From assembly GCA_963752475.1 (NCBI GenBank), contig CAVVYR010000014.1, forward strand, positions 32,001 to 96,000: a DNA stretch of 64,000 bases, written 5' to 3'. Positions 56,867 to 64,000 of the stretch are shown in pieces (the stretch's first letter is position 1; each line of letters opens with the position of its first letter). Made by a program: the position numbers and the translations under genes. Below the pieces are notes generated by a model. The model was not told the DNA's origin and ran no database searches. It saw only the letters and a program-made list of their open reading frames with translations. Source of the DNA: an uncultured Chloroflexia bacterium (lineage in GTDB: Bacteria; Chloroflexota; Limnocylindria; Limnocylindrales; CSP1-4).

Positions 56867-57256
56867 TCAGCCGGGCTTGACCAGCCGCTCGAACAGGCGG
56901 TCGGCCTCCGCCTCGGGGTCATCACAGATCCCCGAGTGCACCGGGGAGAGCTGGATGACGGTCGAGCGAGGCGCCGTCAGCCAGTGGAAACGTTCGGAGG
57001 CCGAAAGATGCGCGTGCGGTCCGGCTTCCTCGCCACCGGCACAGATGCGCTCGATCGACTCGAGGTGCGAGCGGATGACGGACACCTCCGCGCCGGGCGC
57101 CAGCGTGCGCAGCCGCCCCTCGTCGAGAGAGATGCGCGAGAGCAACGCGTGGTGTGTCTTTGCGAAGAGCACGACACCAGCGTTGAGGAACTCGCCGCGC
57201 GCTACATCCGGTACGACGCGGATGACGCTGTAGTCGTAGGCGCAGTGCTCAGCCAC
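56867..57256 (-). CDS. DUF3037 family protein
   Basis: YDYSVIRVVPDVARGEFLNAGVVL, RFHWLTAPRSTVIQLSPVHSG, LFERLV. Confidence 0.88.
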   Translation of the reverse strand: MAEHCAYDYSVIRVVPDVARGEFLNAGVVLFAKTHHALLSRISLDEGRLRTLAPGAEVSVIRSHLESIERICAGGEEAGPHAHLSASERFHWLTAPRSTVIQLSPVHSGICDDPEAEADRLFERLVKPG

Positions 57257-58016
57257 GGGCGGCCTCCGCCACGAACGTCGTGGAGCCCTCGAGCCGCGTG
57301 ACGAGGTACTCGAGGTAGTGGTCACGGATGGCGTCGGGCGCCGCATCACGGTAGCCCTCCTCGAGCCAGCCGTCGGGCACATCGGCCAGGATCGACTCGA
57401 AGACCGAGCGTGAGAGCCGCTCCCTTGCCCGCGCATCGGCCGCCCGCAGGTCCTCCGCGAACGGCAGCAGCACGTGCTGAGCCACTCGCTCGAACGGGTC
57501 CTTGGCCCGGGCCATCACATCGGCCCAGGAGTGATGGAAGAACAGCGCGGCGCCATGGTCGATGAGCCAGATGCGCCCGTGCCACTCGAGCATGTTGGCG
57601 TTGCGCGCTGTCCGATCGGGGTTGGTCGTGAAGGCATCGAACCAGACGACGTCGGCCGCAAAGACACCCTCCGGTGGCGGCGGCACGAGCGGGTCGTAGG
57701 TGATCGATCCCGGCAGATAGTCGAGCCCGTAGTTGACTCCCTCGGAGGTCCGCAGGAGGTGGCCGATCTCGTAGTCGATCTCGAGCCGTCCGAAGTCGGA
57801 AGCCACGTCGATGAGCACGGCCTCAGGCACCGGCAGCCCCAAGGCCCGGCCGATCTCACCGGCGAGCAGCTCGGCCACCAGCGCCTTGGGCCCCTGCCCT
57901 GCCCCGCGGTACTTGACCACGTAGGTCCCATCGTCGTCGGCCTCCATGATCCCAGGCAGCGAGCCACCTTCGCGCAGGGGCGCGACATAGCGGATGGCCT
58001 TGACCGTGGGCAGCAT
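57249..58016 (-). CDS. HipA-like kinase (HipA_2-type, DUF3037-associated)
   Basis: PLREGGSLPG (Gly loop), YVVKYRGAGQG, LVAEL, FDA...NPDRTARNANML, WLIDHG. Confidence 0.85.
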   Translation of the reverse strand: MLPTVKAIRYVAPLREGGSLPGIMEADDDGTYVVKYRGAGQGPKALVAELLAGEIGRALGLPVPEAVLIDVASDFGRLEIDYEIGHLLRTSEGVNYGLDYLPGSITYDPLVPPPPEGVFAADVVWFDAFTTNPDRTARNANMLEWHGRIWLIDHGAALFFHHSWADVMARAKDPFERVAQHVLLPFAEDLRAADARARERLSRSVFESILADVPDGWLEEGYRDAAPDAIRDHYLEYLVTRLEGSTTFVAEAARG

Positions 58017-58035
58017 CTGGTGGGTGGCGCGGCGA

Positions 58036-58980
58036 CTAGGCGGTGTCGGATGCCCCCTCGTCGCCGGCCGTGTCCTCCACGCTCAGCCGAACGGCGGCCC
58101 CGCTGTCGAGGCCGTTGTCGAGGAAGTTGCCCAGGCGCCTCGCGAGGTCGGTCAGCTCGAGCGGGATGACGTACTTCGTCGAAGCTCCGTCGCCCAGGTC
58201 CTTCAGAGCCTCGAAGTACTGCAGCGTCATCGTGCGGTCGTCGATGGTCTTGGCCGCCGCGTAGATGCGCTTGAGCGCGTCGCTGTAGCCCTCCGCCTCG
58301 AGGATGGACTGCTGCCGCACGCCCTCTGCACGCAGGATGGCCGACTGCTTCTCACCCTCGGCCACGTTGATCTTGGCCTGGCGCTCGCCCTCGGACTCGG
58401 TGATGACGGCTCGCCGGGTTCGCTCGGCCGTGAGCACGCGGTTCATGGAGTCCTGCACGTCCGGCGGCGGGGTCAGCTCGCGGATCTCGACGGTGGTGAC
58501 CTTGCCGCCCCATCGTTCGGTCTGCTCGGACAACTTCACCCGCAGGACGTCGTTGACCTGGTCGCGCTTGCTCAGGACGTCGTCGAGCATCATGTCGCCG
58601 ACCACGGCGCGCAAGGTGGTGGTGGCGATGCCCTGGAGCGCGCCCTGGAAGTCACCCACGTTGACCAGGCTGTCCATGGGCTCGACGATCTTCCAGTAGA
58701 TGAGGAAGTCGATGTCGACGGGCGCGTTATCGCGGGTGATGACGGTCTGGCTGGGCACCTCGGAGAAGTTCTCGCGGATGTCCACCTTCACCGGCCGGTC
58801 GACGATGGGGATGAGGAAGCGAAGGCCCGGCTCGCGGACGAGTTCGGGGCTGGTGCGCCCGAGCCGGAAGATGACCATCCGTTCGTACTGGCGCACGATC
58901 CTGATCGAGAGATACAGGAAGACCACCACCACGACGAGGATGAAGAGCAGGCTCGGCAGCGCGAGGTTGACTAGATCCAT
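58036..58980 (-). CDS. SPFH/stomatin-like (band 7) protein
   Basis: N-terminal TM, IRIVRQYER.VIFRLG, PGL.FLIP, QTVITRDN, TTLRAVVG, AER..RA...AEG coiled coil. Confidence 0.93.
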   Translation of the reverse strand: MDLVNLALPSLLFILVVVVVFLYLSIRIVRQYERMVIFRLGRTSPELVREPGLRFLIPIVDRPVKVDIRENFSEVPSQTVITRDNAPVDIDFLIYWKIVEPMDSLVNVGDFQGALQGIATTTLRAVVGDMMLDDVLSKRDQVNDVLRVKLSEQTERWGGKVTTVEIRELTPPPDVQDSMNRVLTAERTRRAVITESEGERQAKINVAEGEKQSAILRAEGVRQQSILEAEGYSDALKRIYAAAKTIDDRTMTLQYFEALKDLGDGASTKYVIPLELTDLARRLGNFLDNGLDSGAAVRLSVEDTAGDEGASDTA

Positions 58981-58983
58981 GAC

Positions 58984-60384
58984 TCAGGCCGTCCCTTCGG
59001 TTGTCTTGGGTTTGTCGAGCACAGGCTCAACCTTGAGCACCATGCCATCGTTGCCGCTGACCTGCACGGTCGCGCCGCGCTCCAGGGTCCCGGTGTCCGA
59101 TCGTGCGGTCCACTCCTCACCGGCGGCGTAGATCGTACCGGTGGGGTCGAGCGGCTTGCGCACCTCACCGGACGTGCCTAGCGGTACCAGCGGCTGGGTG
59201 ATGTGGCTCACGCCCACGACCGTCTGAGGCTTGCGGCGCTGCCGCATGACGACATACATCATGGCGAAGACGATGGCGCCGGTGACGGCGGTCATGAGCA
59301 CGATGATCTCAGGCGCCACGCTGACGTCCGGTGCCGTGGGGTCTCCCGGCTCGGTGTAGAGCGCAGACGCGCCCAAGGCGAAAGCCACCAGGCCACCGAT
59401 GGTCAGCAACCCCCCGCTGGCCACGGTGAACTCGAGCACGAACAGGATCACCGCGAGGCCGATGAGCAAGAGGCCGGCGATGTTGAGCGGCAGGCTGCCG
59501 AAGCCGATGAAGGCCAGGATCAGCGCGAAGGCCCCGAGGATGCCGGTCACGTAGTTGGGGTTCTGCAGCTCGAAGAAGATGCCGTAGAAGCCGAGCGTGA
59601 AGAGGATGAAGGCGATGTTCGGGTCGCTCAGCAGGTGCAGGAACGACTGGAACGGATTCATCCCCAGGCGTTCGATGGGGGCGCCGGCGGTCTCGAGCAC
59701 GACCGCCTCGCCGGCCACGTTCACGGTCATGCCGTCGGCCTGCGACAGCAGGTCCTCGATGGACTCGGCCTTATAGTCGATGGCACCGACCGCGAGAGCC
59801 TCGTCGACCGTGAAAGACAGCGCTTCGGTGACGGTGGATACGGCCCAGTCCACCGGCCGATCGCGCTCCTCGGCGATCGAGGTGATGGTGGCGACGGTGT
59901 CGTTCATGATCTTCTCGCCGAGATCGTCGGGGATGTCCTGGCCGTCACCACTGACCGGGGTGGCGGCACCGATGTTCGTCGCCGGCGCCATCGAGGCTAC
60001 GTGTGCGGCCAGCGTCAGGAACGTGCCGGCGCTGGCAGCGCGAGCTCCGGCCGGGCCCACCCAGACCATCACGGGAACCTCTGCCGAGAGCTCCGACTGG
60101 ACGATCTCCCGTGTCGATTCGAGCGATCCCCCCGGCGTATCGAGCTCGATGACCACGGCAGCGGCTCCCTCGGACACCGCGCGGTCGATCCCCGAGCGCA
60201 GGTACTCGGCCATGATCTGGTCGACGACGCCGTTCGTGGGCAGCACGATGACATGCCCGCCCGCGGTCTCCTCGTCCTGTGCCGTGACCGTGCTCGCGAG
60301 CAGGCTGAGCGTGCCCAGGAGCAGGAGCATCGTGCGGACGAGGGCCAGAGGCTGGATACGACGACGGTTTGCCACAGTGTTCAC
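58984..60384 (-). CDS. nfeD: Long-form NfeD membrane-bound serine protease (ClpP-like) with C-terminal OB fold
   Basis: LDTPGG, ARAASAG (Ser), IGAATPV, EKIMND (Lys), several TMs, G.V..PL.P.G...GEEW.A. Confidence 0.92.
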   Translation of the reverse strand: MNTVANRRRIQPLALVRTMLLLLGTLSLLASTVTAQDEETAGGHVIVLPTNGVVDQIMAEYLRSGIDRAVSEGAAAVVIELDTPGGSLESTREIVQSELSAEVPVMVWVGPAGARAASAGTFLTLAAHVASMAPATNIGAATPVSGDGQDIPDDLGEKIMNDTVATITSIAEERDRPVDWAVSTVTEALSFTVDEALAVGAIDYKAESIEDLLSQADGMTVNVAGEAVVLETAGAPIERLGMNPFQSFLHLLSDPNIAFILFTLGFYGIFFELQNPNYVTGILGAFALILAFIGFGSLPLNIAGLLLIGLAVILFVLEFTVASGGLLTIGGLVAFALGASALYTEPGDPTAPDVSVAPEIIVLMTAVTGAIVFAMMYVVMRQRRKPQTVVGVSHITQPLVPLGTSGEVRKPLDPTGTIYAAGEEWTARSDTGTLERGATVQVSGNDGMVLKVEPVLDKPKTTEGTA

Positions 60385-60417
60385 CTGGGGCGATTATCCC
60401 ACCGAATCAGGCCGAAT

Positions 60418-61026
60418 TCAGCCGAATCGGACGGGTCCGACCTTTCTTCCTGTCACATGATCGTAAAGGAACTGGCTCCACGTCTCCATGGCGTCGTAGA
60501 CCGGCTCGCACTCCTGGGGGGCGACGAACCGGCCGCTGAGCTTGTCGGTCTCACGCACGTTCAAGGGGCGGCCGGCCGCGTCGGCTTCGAAGACCACGCC
60601 GATGTGGACCTGGCCCACGAGCACATCGTCATCCTTGAGCAGCCCGATCAGCCGTGGCTCGGGTTCCCAGTCTGCGACCATCTCCTCGTGGAACTCGCGT
60701 CGGAGCCCTTCGAGCACGCCGCCATCCTCGGGATTGAGGTGGCCGCCGATGCCGAGCGAGTAGAGATCGTGCAGGCGAGCGTCGCCACCGGCCTGCGTCC
60801 GCTGCATCAGGAACAGCCGCTCTCCGTCGCGCATCAGCAGGTAGGGGATGACCTGCTGCCACTCGGGATCGATCTCGGCCTCGCCACGGGGACGATAGTC
60901 AGCCTCCGCGCTGATCAGGTCGAGCCGGTCGTCGATACCCTCGCTCAGGATGCCCTTCCAGGGGCGATCCCCGATGATGCGGGAGCGTGGGAGCCCGAGG
61001 ACGAGCTCCCCGTCCTTGTCGTTCAG
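60418..61026 (-). CDS. NUDIX-fold phosphoesterase-like protein (merged with trpB2 in the ORF track because of a frameshift)
   Basis: RGEAEIDPEWQQVIPY, RL...SLGIGGHLNPED, GLRREFHEE, VGQVHIGVV, METWS; apparent CTG start overlapping the trpB2 stop (CTGA). Confidence 0.75.
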   Translation of the reverse strand: MNDKDGELVLGLPRSRIIGDRPWKGILSEGIDDRLDLISAEADYRPRGEAEIDPEWQQVIPYLLMRDGERLFLMQRTQAGGDARLHDLYSLGIGGHLNPEDGGVLEGLRREFHEEMVADWEPEPRLIGLLKDDDVLVGQVHIGVVFEADAAGRPLNVRETDKLSGRFVAPQECEPVYDAMETWSQFLYDHVTGRKVGPVRFG

Positions 61027-62385
61027 ACCTTCGGGACGGTCTCGAGCGCGTGCTCGATCCGCTCCTCCGGCAGCTCGAAGTCCTCGAGCTCGCCCTGCCA
61101 GGTAGCGGGTGTACGAGGCCGCGTCGAAGTGGCCGTGGCCGCACATGTGGAAGAGGATGTTCGGTGTTTCGCCGGCGTCCTTGGCCTTTGCCACCTCGTC
61201 GATGACGACGGCGATGGCGTGCGCCGGCTCCGGCGCCGGGAGCGCCAGCTCGTTCTGGGTGAACAGGCGGGCGGCGTCGAAGGTCTTCGACTGCGGCACG
61301 GCACGGGCCTCGATGACGTCCTGGTCCTTGAGCAGGCTCACCAGGGGTGCCATGCCGTGGTAGCGCAGGCCGCCAGCGTGGATGGGATCGGGCACGAAGT
61401 CGTGACCGAGCGTGTGCATCTTGACGATCGGCGCCATCTTGCCGGTGTCGCCGTAGTCGTAGGCGTAGACGCCGCGGGTGAGGCTGGGCGCCGCGGTAGG
61501 CTCGGCCGCGATGAAGCGGTAGTCAGCCTCACCACGCAGCTTCTTGCCGATGAACGGAAAGCTCAGGCCGGCGAAGTTGGAGCCGCCACCGGCACAGGCC
61601 ACGATGATGTCGGGGTCCGTCTCCGCCATCTCCATCTGCATCACGGCTTCCTGACCGATGACGGTCTGGTGCAGCAGCACGTGGTTGAGCACTGAGCCCA
61701 GTGAGTAGCGCGTGTTCTCGTGGGTGGCCGCGTCCTCTACGCCCTCGCTGATGGCGATGCCCAGTGAGCCGGGCGTGTCAGGCATCTCCTCCAGCACCTT
61801 GCGGCCGTACTGGGTGCGGTCACTGGGGCTGGCCACGACGTCGGCGCCGTACATCTTCATATGGTTCCGGCGACCGGGCTTGGCGTCATAGGAGGCCTTG
61901 ACCTGATAGATCATGACCTCCAGGCCGAAGATCGCGCCGGCCATCGCCAGGGCCGTGCCCCACTGACCCGCGCCAGTCTCGGTGGTCAGGCGCTCGATGC
62001 CTTCCTGCTTGTTGAAGTACGCCTGCGCGATGGCCGTATTGGGCTTGTGGCTGCCTGCCGGGCTGCCGCCTTCGTACTTGTAGAAGATCTTGCCCTCGTA
62101 GCCCAGGGCGGCCTCCAGCCGATGCGCCCGAAAGAGCGGCGAGGGGCGGTACATCGTGTAGGCCTGCAGCACCGGCTCGGGGATGTCGATGAAGCGCTCG
62201 GTGCTCATCTCCTGGGCGATCAGCGCCATGGGGAAGAGCGGAGCGAGGTCCTCGGGGCCGATGGGCTGGCCGGTGCCGGGGTGGAGCGGCGGGGACAGGG
62301 GCACCGGGAGGTCGGCGTTGATGTTGTACCAGGCGCGCGGGATCTGGTCCTCGGTCAGGATGAACTTCGTCTGCTGCAGCGCCAT
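61023..62385 (-). CDS. trpB2: TrpB-like PLP enzyme (TrpB2), with a +1 frameshift near 61094
   Basis: IPRAWYNI, GSHKPN (PLP Lys), TETGAGQWG, GSLGIAISE, GGGSN, IHAGGLRYHG, CGHGHFD. The native-looking C-terminus GELEDFELPEERIEHALETVPKV-stop lies in another frame (span 1363 = 3n+1). Confidence 0.92.
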
Positions 62386-62441
62386 GGCTACGCTCTCCTT
62401 CAGTGCCGTTCGGTCAAGGCTGGTCGTTGGGCCTGTCGAGC

Positions 62442-63017
62442 CTACAACGTGGCCTCATCGAGCGTCACATAGTGCGCCCCGCCGGGATCGAGATGGCTAC
62501 GCACCAGCTGCACGCGGTCGATCTCCCAGTTCACGACGACTGGACCGTGAGCCTGGCTCCGAAGCGCCTCGATCAGCGGCTGGTCGGCCCTGCGCGCAAC
62601 GGTGAGGTGTGCCGAGGGCGTGCGCTTCGGCGGCGGACCGTCAGTGATGTCCGCGGGGCAGCGGTCGGCCGCGAAGGTGGCCGCTTCGATGAGCACTCCG
62701 GCGCCCGCCGACAGGCTCAGCCACGCCGTACCTTCTCGACCGCGTGTCCGGCCGCCGCCCCGGTCGGCTGTGGCGTGATACGGCGCGAAGGCCTCGGCGA
62801 CGCTACGGGTGAGCCACTCGAGCTCGGGCAGACGGTCGGGGGCCACGGCGCCCAGGAAGAGCAGTGTCAGGTGCCAGGTCCGTGGCCGCGTCCAGCGCGC
62901 ATCCGTGTGCCTGCGACGATAGGGCGCCAGCTGCCGATGGAGCTGAGCCCGGGTGTCCTCGGGCACCGGGTGTGCGATGAACAGACGCCACGAACGTGGC
63001 CGGCCCTGCTCGCTCAG
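62442..63017 (-). CDS. thpR: RNA 2',3'-cyclic phosphodiesterase (2H family)
   Basis: WHLTLLFLG and HLTVAR 2H motifs. The family-typical N-terminal RLFIA lies upstream of the track's GTG, so the start is moved to CTG 63017 (GGAGG + 7 nt). Confidence 0.85.
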   Translation of the reverse strand: MSEQGRPRSWRLFIAHPVPEDTRAQLHRQLAPYRRRHTDARWTRPRTWHLTLLFLGAVAPDRLPELEWLTRSVAEAFAPYHATADRGGGRTRGREGTAWLSLSAGAGVLIEAATFAADRCPADITDGPPPKRTPSAHLTVARRADQPLIEALRSQAHGPVVVNWEIDRVQLVRSHLDPGGAHYVTLDEATL

Positions 63018-63019
63018 GC

Positions 63020-63772
63020 TCAGGCCTCCGCGAGGACCGTCGGTCGGGCGATGCCCAGCAGGTCGAGCAGCTCGCCGAAGTCGTGGATGAGCGCGACCTC
63101 GCCGGTCTCGGTGCCCGCTCCGATCGGCTTGTCGAGCCGGCCCTTGCGGTCGATGAGGATCGGTTCGATGCCCACGCGGCGAGCACCGACCACGTCGGCC
63201 TCCGGGTCGTCGCCCACGTGGATGGCATCCCCGGGGCGGGCGTCGAGCAGGTCCAGCGCGTGTTCGAAGATCGCGCCATGGGGCTTCTGGTAGCCCACGC
63301 GTGCGCTGATGCTCATGACCTCGAAGTGGCGGGCCAGCTCAAGGGTCTGCAGCAGTTCCGGCGCGTGCCAGCCCCAGTTGGAGACGACGGCGAGGCGGAG
63401 TCCGGCCTCCTGCATCGCGTCCAGTGCCGGAACTACGTCGGGGAAGACGAAGAAGGCCGAGCGCTCGCGAAAGGCGAGATCGACGTCGCGGAAGAAGGCC
63501 TCCGGCAGGTTCGGATAGCCGATGCGATCGAAGACCAACTGGTCGAGCTCTGTCAGGCGCTGGAACGAGGCCTCCTCGGTGGCCTCGAACGGGCCTTCGT
63601 GGGCCCACTCGACCCAGGCCGCACGGAACGCCTGCTCGAAGGTCTTGGGGTCGGACTCGATGCCGTAGGCCTCGAAGGTCTTGGCGTAGATCTCGAACCA
63701 CGTCGGGTTCGGCTTGGCCATCGTGTCGCCGACATCGATGAGCACGACACTGGGTTCGGTTCGCAGTTCCAC
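63020..63772 (-). CDS. HAD-superfamily hydrolase (HAD-IA, REG-2-like)
   Basis: IDVGDTM, VVSNW, KPHGAIF, HVGDDPEADVVGA; TAGACT -10 box 6 nt before GTG. Confidence 0.9.
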   Translation of the reverse strand: MELRTEPSVVLIDVGDTMAKPNPTWFEIYAKTFEAYGIESDPKTFEQAFRAAWVEWAHEGPFEATEEASFQRLTELDQLVFDRIGYPNLPEAFFRDVDLAFRERSAFFVFPDVVPALDAMQEAGLRLAVVSNWGWHAPELLQTLELARHFEVMSISARVGYQKPHGAIFEHALDLLDARPGDAIHVGDDPEADVVGARRVGIEPILIDRKGRLDKPIGAGTETGEVALIHDFGELLDLLGIARPTVLAEA

Positions 63773-63861
63773 GCTTGCAGTCTAGACACCCCGGCTCTGC
63801 CGGGTGAGCACTTGCTACCACGCGAGCGAACCTGATGTGCCCGCCCTCTGGCGGCCCCCAC

Positions 63862-63890
63862 GAAGAAGCCCCGCCCTTGCGGACGGGGCT
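63862..63890 (-). terminator. Intrinsic terminator
   Basis: Minus strand AGCCCCGTCC-GCAA-GGGCGGGGCT followed by TCTTC, just after the stop at 63912. Confidence 0.7.
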
Positions 63891-63911
63891 CGACGCTGTG
63901 GAAGCGCGGCG

Positions 63912-64000
63912 TCAGTCGTTGTAGAGACGCTCCTCGATGAGCTTCTCCATGACCGTGCGGCCGTTGGGGTCGAAGCAGGAGAACTCGAAGTACTTCTGGT
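63912..64000 (-). CDS. 3' end of an unidentified gene
   Basis: ...QKYFEFSCFDPNGRTVMEKLIEERLYND-stop with strong GC3 codon bias, followed by a terminator. Confidence 0.6.
   Translation of the reverse strand, partial: QKYFEFSCFDPNGRTVMEKLIEERLYND

Noticed and set aside
60418-62385. Novel 655-aa TrpB2-NUDIX fusion protein
   Set aside because: The linker reads as off-frame sequence, and a native-looking TrpB2 C-terminus with its own stop exists in the adjacent frame; a single-base insertion explains it.

Overview
High-GC bacterial chromosomal segment, mostly on the minus strand, dominated by housekeeping genes. These include ispH (partial), plsC, cmk, rluB, scpAB, xerD, nadK, tlyA, dxs, xseAB, efp, mltG, ruvX, alaS, mnmA, a cysteine desulfurase, typA, aspS, hisS, relA, murE, three FemABX-family genes, murJ, xerC, topA, dprA, comM, nfeD-SPFH, trpB2 and thpR. 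Gene order and content suggest a peptidoglycan-making Chloroflexota-like organism (inference, not verified). There is a probable 6S RNA upstream of aspS. I see no rRNA, tRNA, CRISPR array, IS element or prophage. The best candidate for an undescribed system is an orphan FtsA-like actin ATPase with a membrane-anchored baseplate-J-like protein, inserted into the alaS-ruvX-mltG operon. Other notable signals: a non-DAP-type MurE with three Fem ligases, an Arg-tipped EF-P loop, a HipA-like kinase/DUF3037 pair, many leaderless promoters, and two or three genes that appear to start at CTG. Four loci carry frameshifts that look like sequencing errors: alaS, a holin-phosphodiesterase gene, a small hypothetical gene and trpB2. 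All family assignments come from motif recognition by eye; no database searches were run.
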